Of a stretch of DNA of 64,000 nucleotides, positions 48,627-62,000 are shown piece by piece (positions within the stretch are counted from its first letter, which is position 1; every line of letters starts with the position of its first letter). Position numbers and translations under genes: made by a program. Source of the DNA: Pecten maximus. Taxonomy: Eukaryota. Below the pieces are notes generated by a model. It saw nothing but the letters and a program-made list of their open reading frames with translations. It was not told where the DNA came from and ran no database searches. The stretch is taken from contig NC_047027.1 of assembly GCF_902652985.1 (NCBI RefSeq), positions 5,456,001 to 5,520,000 of the forward strand, given 5' to 3'.

Positions 48627-51600
48627 GATTGAGACATGTTGGTCATCATAGGACAACTTAACACTACATAATTAGAACTGATCTGGTCTCTAACTCTCTC
48701 TGACACTTCAAAAACATGACTTTCCTTTGTCTTTATCTAATAGGGTTCTGGGGGGATTGGCTGAGGACATGGGCAAACATATCATATTACAGGTATCAAA
48801 GATCCCTATAATAACATATTCTTATCATTAGGGGCCTGTGGGGGGTGTTTACAAAAAGGGTTGGATCCTTAGCTTTCCTCCCCAAATCAAGGATTTGTTT
48901 GGGTAATTTGTTTGCATTTGGTGCCAAATGATGTCATTGTTTAAACAATGCTGGCCCGGGTTTGTATGGGGGTTTATTATAGACAGGGTATCACTCCTAG
49001 CTTTGTTAGACCAATAAAGGATGTGTACCGGATGTTTATACTAATTAAAAATGGTCTGGTATCACTGATAATTGATTATTTGAAATTTGACCCAATAACT
49101 GAATTAAGACTCAACATTGTTTTATACCACAGAGGGGGGCCTCTGATATACATGATGTAGAGGGGGCCTCTGATATACATGATGTCGAGGGGGCCTCAGA
49201 TGTTGGAATTCGGACAATTCTTGACATTTGGCTTTTAAACTAGAAAGCATAATTTAAGGCTGATGCTAATTTTTTTATCATCATTAATGTCCTTCCTGGT
49301 GATTTCCTCCCAGCTCTATTGTAGTAAACAAAACAAAACAAAAATGTTATATGGTTTCTGATTGTTGATTTCGTTGGGTTGTCATGGTGATATGTAATGA
49401 GGTTTTAATTGTTGTGTTAAATGACGTTATGACTTTTGAAGTTTTCAGGGATATTATTCTTTTTCTGTCTATGGCTGACCTAGTATTAACCTCAGAAGTG
49501 ATTTATAATTAAAACTTCACATTTTTTGTCGAAATATAATGGAGATTTAATGATCTAGGATTGGCTAGACGAAATTCCAAAGATTAGTTTGAAAAAACGC
49601 AAAGTGACAGGATAACAGATTGGAAAATACATTTCATTCGGACCACATGTCTTTATTTGTTAATTACACAAAACAACATATGTCGGAGGGCAGGGATCAA
49701 GTCACCTTTGGGGTCAGGATATTACCCTAAAATAAAGTCTACCTACTGATAAGGGGGGAGGGGGAGGGGGTTATCTGATAGCCTAGGGGCCTGTTGTGAT
49801 GTAATTAACCTTTCTTATCAAAGATTAAGAGCAAAAAAGGTTAAGGAAAGAATGCATCGTCAGCTGAGGTCAAAGTTCCAAGGTCAGGGTGTAATTGTAT
49901 ATAATTTCGAATATTCAAATACTCCCAAAATTTAAGACATTTTTTTTTGTGAAATATGTCCTTAAATCTGCTCTTATTATAGACTTGAAATTTTAACACT
50001 AACAATCTACCTAGTAAAAGTTTAAAGTAATCATATCTATATAGAATGATCAAGCAAAGAAAAATCAGATTTTAAAAAAGAAAAAATTGATGAACAATTT
50101 TAGATAAAAAAAAAGCATTTGAGAACATTATAAAGGATTTTTGATAGCTTCAAAAGTATATAGTTATCACTTACTTCACTTTGAATGAAAAGGAGAATAA
50201 GACATCTCAACAGGAACCCACAAGGAAGAAACTTACATTTTACTGAAAATCAGTCCAACACAGAATGGTCATGCCTTTGATCGTGGACACGACCTTGGTG
50301 AAGGGCGCGTATATATGATCTATATTCACATCAACTGGCAGCCTAAAGCGGGCGATGATTGTAATAGGTGATTATGTCTGGACAAAAAGTAAAACGCTAA
50401 TTAACTTACAGGTGATAATCCTTTGAAATGCTGAGAAAATAGGAATACTCAAACATCCAATTTTGAACGCCGCAATAGAATCTCGTAAAATACTGTTAGA
50501 TCTCTTTAGTCTCGGAAAATTACCACAAAATATGGCCGAAAATACATAACATTGCCAGGTAACGTATCGGAAAATCAGAATATTTTTTTAAGATGGAGAA
50601 GCTATCTTGTATAAGCTGTAGCTAAAGGACTGGTAATGAAGTGTCGGCCGTTAGCCTCGAGGGATGGTAAGGTGATTGTCGAGTTGTTTTTGGAGTCCTG
50701 ATCGGTGGATAAATGGCACCGGTGAGCATTCAAGTGTGTTAGGAATAGCCCGTCTCCAATATCGGGGTTAATACTGTTAGACGGGTAGGGGACGCTTCAT
50801 CAGACACACACTTAAATAAGTCTATCGTACATAATGATCTAATAGCCAAAGTTATCAAAATCACTATACTTATATAACAATAATCCCATGCCTTGTAATA
50901 AGCCCGCCCCCTGGCTTTGAGTCTATAATTATCCCTCACTTATTTCAGGATAAATAACGCACTGCTTATTCCTTGGTTTTGTACATTATTTAAAGCTATT
51001 TATGTCAAATGTTCAAATCTAAGATTTCTAGATGTTACAGACGTTTTTTATGGTCCATATATTTGATTTCATAAATGCAACTGACCACAAATATTAGAAT
51101 ACTTGAGAACACAATTGAAATTTCTTTGTGGAGAGAACAAAAGGATGATAAAATCATGTCTGCTGTAGAAATTTCACGAAGCAGCAGAAAGTTTGTGAAA
51201 ACAAGGTTCCAAATGATTCCTTCATCATTTCAATGTACATTTTTTGGCATTTACAAAAACACTACTAATACAAATTCACACAAAAAAGGGAATGTTTGTA
51301 CTTTTTTCCAAATTGATGTACTTTCAATGACAATAGATGTTATTCTATTAGAAGCAAGTCCAAATTTTACAAGAATGTTTAAGTCAGAATTAAGTGTCTG
51401 AGAGAATTAAACAGAACAAGCCTGGTACATGGGTCTGGGGGATTTTATCTGATAACAGTGAACAACTTATCTAATTAAACTCCAATACTATCTCTAACTA
51501 ATTACTGGCAAGTGGTAATGTCACCAGCTGGTGAAGCAGTGTTTATCAGCATACTAACTGACAGCTGATTGGTCCTGATAAAGCTCACATAGCCAATCAC

Positions 51601-52859
51601 AATCTGGGTCCAATGGACTTCAAGGATTTTAAAAATTGGGAACAACAGCCTCATTTTGGCCAGGAACTGTTATAAAAGGGTAAAACAATTTGTTTTTAAA
51701 TTAGGTCTTTAATAATGAGTTGATTTGTCTCAAATTATCTATAAATACCACCTGTAACAGGAGAGAAACACATATTAAAATAATACTCCTGTTTATTGTA
51801 CAGAGTTATGGCCCTTTGTTCAATAATGATAATCAAAGTTTATCCATTGATGATGATTGTGGATTGTAAACCGGACCCACCAGGGCCGATCCTTCCACCT
51901 TCCAATAAAAACGAAATTTCATACAATATTCATCTGAGCACTTTTACAGGTAACATAAGGGCTATGTATACAACAGTAAGTTATGTAAGAGTTCGAGAGC
52001 TACATAAGAAAAATAATTACATGTCCACATGTTTTTTCTTCCTTATTGATTTATACACTATAGTTATCATTCCTAATTCAAGGTATACTTGAGTATGAGC
52101 TTTAAATCTTTGAAAGTCTCTGATTGTTGGTATCCTGTTACATAGTTTGGGTATATATCTAATCCAACTCTACACTTACTGGATTGTAGCCCCTTGAAAA
52201 CAAATGGATATTTCCGAAATAGAAGTCGTTTTCCAAACATTTGATGACAATATTATCTAAGGCCGTTTATGAGATTCACAAGAAATGAGGAACATCATGA
52301 TTCTATTTGATGAAATTACGTGATAACATTCTCATGAAGTAACTAGATTTGTTTTCTATATACGTGGTCTGTCTGAAAGTTATATAAGTCTGGCATTTTG
52401 TTAAAAGAATTTGTGATATCTGCTTTCAAATGATCGGAAAATGGATTTAGCCGTTTCTAACAACATCTTAAGTGGTTGTACCTTATAGTGGAGTTTATCG
52501 TGACTTACGGGAGCTACATAACTTAATGATCGTTGCAGATGTGGAGAATTTATTCCCTAGGTTATCATGTATGTTATATTTCGTGAGTGTATCACAGTTT
52601 TTAATTACCAACAAGGTTTAACAGGCCAGCTCTGCACATTGTATTAAAAAGAAAACAAAGTATTTTATTTTGGGGCTGTTGCCAACAACAGTTATCACAG
52701 GAACTGGTGTGAAGGTCTGTTTTAGTGAGTGATATTCTGTAAACATATATATTTAATTGGAAAATTATTTTGGAAAAGAAATATTTTAGTAATAGTGTTA
52801 TTTTGGACATTTTCACACAGTGTAGGCCTGATAGTCTTGGATTGATTGAAGTTTAAAAG

Positions 52860-53175
52860 ATTTGGTTTTACCTACTGAAAGCAGATAAGATCATTTAAGG
52901 ACAGTGTCTATGTACCACTGATGGAAGCTTATCAAAATGTCACTCTGGACACTTTTATAGTGTCATCACACTGAAATATCATACCTGGACACTTTTATAG
53001 TGTCATCACACTGAAATATCATACCTGGACACTCTTATAGTGTCATCACACTGAACTGCCACATATAGACACAGCTGGTATGTCACTCCTCATCATCATA
53101 TTATACTGACAACAGGTGAAGAAGTCCTTACCTAAATATTAATGCTAGAAGTCAAAGAGGGGCCAATACTAGTTT
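52860..53175 (-). mobile_element. Decayed Meta/MESC-type SINE containing a 40-bp internal triplication (52945-53055)
   Basis: GATCATTTAAGGAC resembles the reverse complement of the SINE tail at 20395-20410 (CCTTAAATGACC); TTATAGTG...CACTGAA and ATTATACTGACAACAGG...AATGCT resemble the Meta core as remembered; CTGGACACTTTTATAGTGTCATCACACTGAA x3. Confidence 0.55.
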
Positions 53176-53872
53176 ATCTAACAGAAACAAAAACTCAATC
53201 ATTTATTTTGAAATTCTTTTTATATGGTTAAGTTTTGTTGTTGTTGTAACATCCTAATTTTTACATTTATTTTCCTGTTTGTTATAGATTTAATTTAAAA
53301 GTTGTAACCTAAATAGAGAAACAGAAAGTTGGTATTTCAATAAACATCGCAAATTGAAAACAGCATTAAAAAGGTGATATTTACATCACTCCAGATTGAA
53401 AACTGTTGTGAAGCTAATGGAATTTGTTTAGACAACATTTAAACTTTTGGACGAGATAGCATAAGATAGCATGAATTACTGGTTTGTTGACAATGTTTTA
53501 TTTCCCTACCAGCTGTAGGTCCTATAAGCCTAGGTTTTTAGTTGCTATGATGAGACTGTTGGTGTCTTGCAGGTGTAGAGAGATAAAATGCGTTTCCCAA
53601 TCTCCACATGCCGTCTGCTGCTGAAGATAGAAAGCTGGTAACCATGGCCTCCTTAACCCTGAATCAAAATGACCTCTGACCCTGCCATTTTTTGGGAGCA
53701 GGATTATCTGAAACTATGTTTTTGTTTGTTTAGGTTGAGTAAACAGGGGATTGGGATTACAAAACCATCATGGCAGTGTCCCAAATGTTACAGTGGTGAT
53801 GTTATCCATCATTACAGGCCAGGGTTAGAGATCACATGATGTGTAGTCTTGTCATATACCAGTTACAGGCCT

Positions 53873-54341
53873 TATGTCAAGGTCACTGTGTCAAGGTCAC
53901 CGTGTCAAGGTCACTATGTCAAGGTCACTATATCAAGGTTACATTCCCAAGGTCACACTCTCAAGGTTACATTCTAACATGTTACATACTTTCAAGGTCA
54001 CTGTGTCTAGTTGCTCACTTAACCAAGGTCTCATTCTCAAGGTTACTATGTCAAATAACATTCTCAAGGTCACCAAATGAAGGTCATTATATCAATTAGA
54101 TCAGCATTTAAATCCTACATTTTCAGAGCCACTATCATAGGCTACAGTGTCAGTGAACATCAAATCATCACACTGCCAAGGTCAACATACCAAGGTCACA
54201 CTGCCAAGGTCAATATACCAAGGTCACACTGCCAAGGTCAATATACTAAGGTCACACTGCCAAGGTCAACATACTAAGGTCACACTGCCAAGGTCAATAT
54301 ACCAAGGTCACACTGCCAAGGTCATTATACTAAGGTCACAA
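53873..54341. repeat. CAAGGTCA-based repeats: a degenerate 14-15-bp array (53873-54090) and a 28-bp dimer array CCAAGGTCACACTGCCAAGGTCAATATA (54170-54341)
   Basis: About 20 AAGGTCA motifs, mostly at 14-bp spacing. Confidence 0.88.
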
Positions 54342-54464
54342 TGATATGTTCATCTTGTCAGTCTTTAGTGTGTCCTGTAGCTATATATGAAACAGTTGTG
54401 AAGGACAAAATTCTGAACAACTTGAATATCTGGTCTGGGACAACTTCAAAATGTCATTGTGTAT

Positions 54465-55178
54465 TGGATTAGTGATGGAGGGGGGACTCCTGTCGGTGGA
54501 TTAGTGATGGAGGGGAGACTCCTGTAGGTGGATTAGTGATGGAGGGGAGACTCCTGTCGGTGGATTAGTGATGGAGGGGAGACTCCTGTCGGTGGATTAG
54601 TGATGGAGGGGGGACTCCTGTCGGTGGATTAGTGATGGAGGGGAGACTCCTGTCGGTGGATTAGTGACGGAGGGGAGACTCCTGTCGGTGGATTAGTGAT
54701 GGAGGGGAGACTCCTGTCGGTGGATTAGTGATGGAGGGGAGACTCCTTTCGGTGGATTAGTGACGGAGGGGAGACTCCTGTCGGTGGATTAGTGATGGAG
54801 GGGAGACTCCTGTCGGTGGATTAGTGACGGAGGGGAGACTCCTGTCGGTGGATTAGTGACGGAGGGGGGACTCCTGTCGGTGGATTAGTGACGGAGGGGA
54901 GACTCCTGTCGGTGGATTAGTGTTGGAGGGGAGACTCCTGTCGGTGGATTAGTGATGGAGGGGGGACTCCTGTCGGTGGATTAGTGATGGAGGGGGGACT
55001 CCTGTCGGTGGATTAGTGTTGGAGGGGAGACTCCTGTCGGTGGATTAGTGTTGGAGGGGGGACTCCTGTCGGTGGATTAGTGTTGGAGGGGAGACTCCTG
55101 TCGGTGGATTAGTGATGGAGGGGAGACTCCTGTCGGTGGATTAGTGATGGAGGGGAGACTCCTGTCGGTGGATTAGTG
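54465..55178. repeat. 32-bp minisatellite (GTGGATTAGTGATGGAGGGGAGACTCCTGTCG), ~22 copies
   Basis: Periodicity. Confidence 0.97.
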
Positions 55179-56071
55179 TCTGACCATCAGCTGATTTTGA
55201 TTAGGTTTTTCAGTCCTGTTGGACTGTCATCACTGGATACATTTATCAGGATATGACAAATCAATGGCTATTTTACTGGAGAATGTCACAACCAAGGTTC
55301 CAGAAGTCTTGCCAGTTTTTTGTGATTCCTCTCCTGCGATCACTTTTCATTATAATTTCTTGTTAAAAACAACCAATTTTCCTTCTGGGACCCCTAAACT
55401 TAACTTGTATTATTATTTTTATGTTTGACCTTGGATTGATTAAATTTTGAGCTTGACAAATGATCTTTTAAATGGTGTTTGATGCGGTAAAGGTTATGAA
55501 ATTGGAATTCCCCTGGTGACTGTCAGTGGCCCATATTGTACAATCATACCTTTCCAAGTATCCAGCAAATGGTTCCAATGGAGATATAATCAAGATAGCT
55601 TGGCAATATGTCGCCTGCTTTTCTGATAGCTTCTAGTATTTACACGCGTACTAAAAAAACATATTTTTATTGACATTTTGTTTTGAACACAAAAACTGAT
55701 TACAATTGAGAACAGGCAGTTGAAGCATATTAAATTCCTTTTAGAAAACTATCCTGATCAATTAACTTAGGCACTGTACACTGTAGTTTAGTTAGCTCAG
55801 ATAGATATTTGTATATAGAATGGAAGCTTAGTTTTTTATCTGTTTCCTGCCCAACTCCTAATATTTTCCATCTCCCAATCAGAATTAGCATTCTGAGGTC
55901 TGATATTGTCTTTTAGTGTGAAGACAAAGACGGCCATTTTGAATGGCCTGATGTCCACGGTGATGTATAGAGGTACACACAATCCTGTTACTAAAGGGAA
56001 AATACTGCATGATGTTAAATGTTTGTGTACATTGTATTGCCAGGATCTTCAACATTCAATCTTCAGGGCTA

Positions 56072-56907
56072 TTCTGCCTAACTGTAGTATCAACCCAGTA
56101 AAACTATCAGTAACCCAGTTCTGCCTAACTCTGGTATTGACCCAGTGTAGTTCATCAGTAACCCACTTCTGCCTAACTCAGGTATCAACCCAGTGTAGTT
56201 TATCAGTAACCCAGTTCTGCCTAACTCTGGTATTGACCCAGTGTAGTTCATCAGTAACTCACTTCTGCCTAACTGTGGTATTGACCCAGTGTAGTTTATC
56301 AGTAACCCAGTTCAGCCTAACTCTGGTATTGACCCAGTAAAACTATCAGTAACCCAGTTCTGCCTAACTCTGGTATTGACCCAGTGTAGTTTATCAGTAA
56401 CCCAGTTCTGCCTAACTCTTGTATTGACCCAGTAAATATATCAGTGGCCCATTTCTGCCTAACTCTGGTATTGACCCAGTAAAATTATCAGTGGCCCATT
56501 TCTGCCCAACTCTGGTATCAACCCAGTGTAGTTTATCACTAACCCACTTCTGCCTAACTCTTGTATTGACCCAGTGTAGTTTATCAGTAACCCAGTTCTG
56601 CCTAACTCTTGTATTGACCCAGTGTAGTTTATCAGTAACCCAGTTCTGCCTAACTCTTGTATTGACCCAGTAAAACTATCAGTAACCCAGTTCTGCCTAA
56701 CTCTTGTATTGACCCAGTGTAGTTTATCAGTAACCCAGTTCTGCCTAACTCTTGTATTGACCCAGTGTAGTTTATCAGTAATCCATTTCTGCCTAACTCT
56801 TGTATTGACCCAGTGTAGTTTATCAGTAACCCAGTTCTGCCTAATTCTTGTATTGACCCAGTGTAGTTTATCAGTAACCCAGTTCTGCCTAACTCTTGTA
56901 TTGACCC
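56072..56907. repeat. 48-bp minisatellite (CAGTAACCCAGTTCTGCCTAACTCTTGTATTGACCCAGTGTAGTTTAT), ~17 copies
   Basis: Periodicity; ACCCAGT occurs twice per unit. Confidence 0.96.
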
Positions 56908-57539
56908 TGCGAAGTTCTCCCTGTGTGCCATCAGTTAATCAAGAGTTAAACAGCTCTCTCCCCCCCCCCCCCCCCCCCAAAAAAAAATAAAAATAAAGAG
57001 TTTTTTTCAAATCTAAACAAGATAGCTTTGAATATTGCTGTAGTATGGTTCACATACATAAGCCATCCCCATCAAACTTCAAAATTAATATCAAACTTTT
57101 AAACTAGGGGGAGGGAAATCTTGTTCGGGTAGCTGAATTAAGTCAAATTCTTCTAATATAGCTACATGTACAAACATTGGCAACTAAATTTGAATTGATG
57201 AATTGTTAGGATTATGTATAGCTGTAGTTTTTTCTAAGTGTTTCTGGAGTTAGAAGCTGAAGAAGTTGGTAGATAAATAGTTTACTAACATGTAACCAGC
57301 TCACCTCAGCCTCTGTACCAACATCTATTTTTGATGAGGCGTTGTGTACTCCTAGTATATGTACCTAGGAATTAAAGTGCATCTATACTTTAATGACTTT
57401 TCCTTTCTCAATTCAAAAAGAGTTCTGGACATATGGAGTTGATGTGGAGAAGAATGATTATTGATGAGTTTGAGCATGGATATCAGGGGGAATGAATAAG
57501 GTGTGGGGTACAGACAGTAAATACCTATACATTCCAAAT

Positions 57540-58798
57540 ATACCTGTATGCTATATACCTGTATACCAAATTAAGGTAGTATGCTACCTGTATAAATTAA
57601 TTAAGGCAGTGTGTTATATACCTGTATACCAAATTAAGGCAGTATGCTATGTACCTGTATCAATTAAGGCAGTATGCTATATACCTGTATAAATTAAGGC
57701 AGTATGCTATATACCTGTATAAATTAAGGCAGTATGCTATATACCTGTATACCAAATTAAGGCAGTATGCTATGTACCTGTATAAATTAAGGCAGTATGC
57801 TATATACCTGTATAAATTAAGGCAGTATGCTATGTACCTGTATAAATTAAGGCAGTATGCTATGTACCTGTATAAATTAAGGCAGTATGCTATGTACCTG
57901 TATAAATTAAAGCAGTATGCTATATACCTGTATACCAAATTAAGGCAGTATGCTATGTACCTGTATAAATTAAGGCAGTATGCTATATACCTGTATAAAT
58001 TAAGGCAGTATGCTATGTACCTGTATAAATTAAGGCAGTATGCTATGTACCTGTATAAATTAAGGCAGTATGCTATGTACCTGTATAAATTAAAGCAGTA
58101 TGCTATATACCTGTATAAATTAAGGCAGTATGCTATATACCTGTATTAATTAAGGCAGTATGCTATATACCTGTATAAATTAAGGCAGTATGCTATGTAC
58201 CTGTATAAATTAAGGCAGTATGCTATATACCTGTATAAATTAAGGCAGTATGCTATATATACCTGTATAAATTAAGGCAGTATGCTATATACCTGTATAA
58301 ATTAAGGCAGTATGCTATGTACCTGTATAAATTAAGGCAGTATGCTATGTACCTGTATAAATTAAGGCAGTATGCTATGTACCTGTATAAATTAAGGCAG
58401 TATGCTATATACCTGTATAAATTAAGGCAGTATGCTATATACCTGTATAAATTAAGGCAGTATGCTATATACCTGTATAAATTAAGTCAGTATGCTATGT
58501 ACCTGTATAAATTAAGGCAGTATGCTACCTGTATAAATTAAGGCAGTATGCTATATACCTGTATAAATTAAGGCAGTATTTTATATATCTGTACAAATTA
58601 AGGCAGTATGCTATATACCTGTATAAATTAAGGCAGTATTTTACATATCTGTATAAATTAAGGCAGTATTTTATATATCTGTATAAATTAAGGCAGTATG
58701 CTATATACCTGTATAAATTAAGGCAGTATTTTATATATCTGTATAAATTAAGGCAGTATGCTATATACCTGTATAAATTAAGGCAATATGCTATATAT
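57540..58798. repeat. 30-bp minisatellite (AAATTAAGGCAGTATGCTATATACCTGTAT), ~42 copies
   Basis: Periodicity; +3 (ACC) variants; diverged 3' subtype GTATTTTATATATCT. Confidence 0.97.
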
Positions 58799-59094
58799 AT
58801 CTGGAGATAAGTCAGCATATTTTTACCAGGTTTTTGTACAAGCTTAGGTATTATTTGGTTTTGATAGTTCAGTATACTATACATACTTGTAAGAAGTAGA
58901 TCTATCTACAATGTAAACCTTGTCTAGAGCCTAACTCACTACACATGTTGATAGATTTATCCTATTATATCCCTCATTGGATCCATTATATCTAATACCA
59001 TAGTGTAGAGAAGTTGCTGGGTAGCTGGAACCAAATGCTGTGTATAGAGAGTGCTGGGTAGCTGGAACCAAATGCTCAATTGACTGATACTGAT

Positions 59095-62000
59095 AGAGTT
59101 ACAGTGAAGTTGTAGGAGTTGTGATGTAAGGTCTGACAGAGTCACAGTGGAGTTGTCGGAGTTGTGATGTAAGGTCTGACAGAGTCAGTGTGGAGTTGTA
59201 GGAGTTGTGATGTAAGGTCTGACAGAGTCACAGTGGAGTTGTAGGAGTTGTGATGTAAGGTCTGACAGAGTCAGTGTGGAGTTGTAGGAGTTGTGATGTA
59301 AGGTCTGAATGAGCCAGTGTGGAGTTGTCGGAGTTGTGATGTAAGGTCTGACAGAGTCAGTGTGGAGTTGTAGGAGTTGTGATGTAAGGTCTGACAGAGT
59401 CAGCGTGGAGTTGTCGGAGTTGTGATGTAAGGTCTGACAGAGCCAGTGTGGAGTTGTAGGAGTTGTGATGTAAGATCTGACAGAGTCAGTGTGGAGTTGT
59501 GATGTAAGGTCTGACAGAGTCAGTGTGGAGTTGTAGGAGTTGTGATGTAAGGTCTGACAGAGTCACAGTGGAGTTGTCGGAGTTGTGATGTAAGGTCTGA
59601 CAGAGTCAGTGTGGAGTTGTTGGAGTTGTGATGTAAGGTCTGACAGAGTCAGTGTGGAGTTGTCGGAGTTGTGATGTAAGGTCTGACAGAGTCAGTGTGG
59701 AGTTGTAGGAGTTGTGATGTAAGGTCTGACAGAGTCAGTGTGGAGTTGTAGGAGTTGTGATGTAAGGTCTGACAGAGTCAGTGTGGAGTTGTCAGAGTTG
59801 TGATGTAAGGTCTGACAGAGTCAGTGTGGAGTTGTAGGAGTTGTGATGTAAGGTCTGACAGAGTCAGTGTGGAGTTGTAGGAGTTGTGATGTAAGGTCTG
59901 ACAGAGTCAGTGTGGAGTTGTAGGAGTTGTGATGTAAGGTCTGACAGAGTCAGTGTGGAGTTGTAGGAGTTGTGATGTAAGGTCTGACAGAGCCAGTGTG
60001 GAGTTGTCGGAGTTGTGATGTAAGGTCTGACAGAGTCACAGTGGAGTTGTAGGAGTTGTGATGTAAGGTCTGACAGAGTCAGTGTGGAGTTGTCGGAGTT
60101 GTGATGTAAGGTCTGACAGAGTCAGTGTGGAGTTGTAGGAGTTGTGATGTAAGGTCTGACAGAGTCAGCGTGGAGTTGTAGGAGTTGTGATGTAAGGTCT
60201 GACAGAGTCAGTGTGGAGTTGTAGGAGTTGTGATGTAAGGTCTGACAGAGTCACAGTGGAGTTGTTGGAGTTGTGATGTAAGGTCTGACAGAGTCAGTGT
60301 GGAGTTGTAGGAGTTGTGATGTAAGGTCTGACAGAGTCAGTGTGGAGTTGTAGGAGTTGTGATGTAAGGTCTGACAGAGTCAGTGTGGAGTTGTAGGAGT
60401 TGTGATGTAAGGTCTGACAGAGCCAGTGTGGAGTTGTAGGAGTTGTGATGTAAGGTCTGACAGAGTCAGTGTGGAGTTGTAGGAGTTGTAATGTAAGGTC
60501 TGACAGAGTCAGTGTGGAGTTGTCGGAGTTGTGATGTAAGGTCTGACAGAGTCAGTGTGGAGTTGTAGGAGTTGTGATGTAAGGTCTGACAGAGTCAGTG
60601 TGGAGTTGTGATGTAAGGTCTGACAGAGTCACAGTGTGGAGTTGTAGGAGTTGTGATGTAAGGTCTGACAGAGTCACAGTGGAGTTGTTGGAGTTGTGAT
60701 GTAAGGTCTGACAGAGTCAGTGTGGAGTTGTAGGAGTTGTGATGTAAGGTCTGACAGAGTCAGTGTGGAGTTGTAGGAGTTGTGATGTAAGGTCTGACAG
60801 AGTCACAGTGGAGTTGTTGGAGTTGTGATGTAAGGTCTGACAGAGTCAGTGTGGAGTTGTAGGAGTTGTGATGTAAGGTCTGACAGAGTCAGTGTGGAGT
60901 TGTCAGAGTTGTAATGTAAGGTCTGACAGAGCCAGTGTGGAGTTGTAGGAGTTGTAATGTAAGGTCTGACAGAGCCAGTGTGGAGTTGTAGGAGTTGTAA
61001 TGTAAGGTCTGACAGAGTCAGTGTGGAGTTGTAGGAGTTGTGATGTAAGGTCTGACAGAGTCACAGTGGAGTTGTAGGAGTTGTGATGTAAGGTCTGACA
61101 GAGTCAGTGTGGAGTTGTAGGAGTTGTGATGTAAGGTCTGACAGAGTCACAATGGAGTTGTCGGAGTTGTGATGTAAGGTCTGACAGAGTCAGTGTGGAG
61201 TTGTAGGAGTTGTGATGTAAGGTCTGACAGAGTCAGTGTGGAGTTGTGATGTAAGGTCTGACAGAGCCACAGTGGAGTTGTAGGAGTTGTGATGTAAGGT
61301 CTGACAGAGCCACAGTGGAGTTGTAGGAGTTGTGATGTAAGGTCTGACAGAGCCAGTGTGGAGTTGTAGGAGTTGTGATGTAAGGTCTGACAGAGTCACA
61401 GTGGAGTTGTCGGAGTTGTGATGTAAGGTCTGACAGAGTCAGTGTGGATTTGTAGGAGTTGTGATGTAAGGTCTGACAGAGTCACAGTGTGGAGTTGTAG
61501 GAGTTGTGATGTAAGGTCTGACAGAGTCACAGTGGAGTTGTTGGAGTTGTGATGTAAGGTCTGACAGAGCCAGTGTGGAGTTGTCGGAGTTGTGATGTAA
61601 GGTCTGACAGAGTCACAGTGGAGTTGTAGGAGTTGTGATGTAAGGTCTGACAGAGCCAGCGTGGAGTTGTAGGAGTTGTGATGTAAGGTCTGACAGAGTC
61701 ACAGTGGAGTTGTAGGAGTTGTGATGTAAGGTCTGACAGAGTCAGTGTGGAGTTGTAGGAGTTGTGATGTAAGGTCTGACAGAGTCACAGTGGAGTTGTC
61801 GGAGTTGTGATGTAAGGTCTGACAGAGTCAGTGTGGAGTTGTAGGAGTTGTGATGTAAGGTCTGACAGAGTCAGTGTGGAGTTGTAGGAGTTGTGATGTA
61901 AGGTCTGACAGAGTCACAGTGGAGTTGTAGGAGTTGTGATGTAAGGTCTGACAGAGTCAGCGTGGAGTTGTAGGAGTTGTGATGTAAGGTCTGACAGAGC

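Noticed and set aside
49126-49201. CTCF-like CCACAGAGGGGGGC in a short 27-bp triplication
   Set aside because: Poor fit to the consensus spacing; only a small local duplication
50748-50787. CCCGTCT...AGACGGG hairpin containing a miR-8-like seed (TAATACTG)
   Set aside because: Stem too short for a pre-miRNA, and the sequence beyond the seed does not match miR-8
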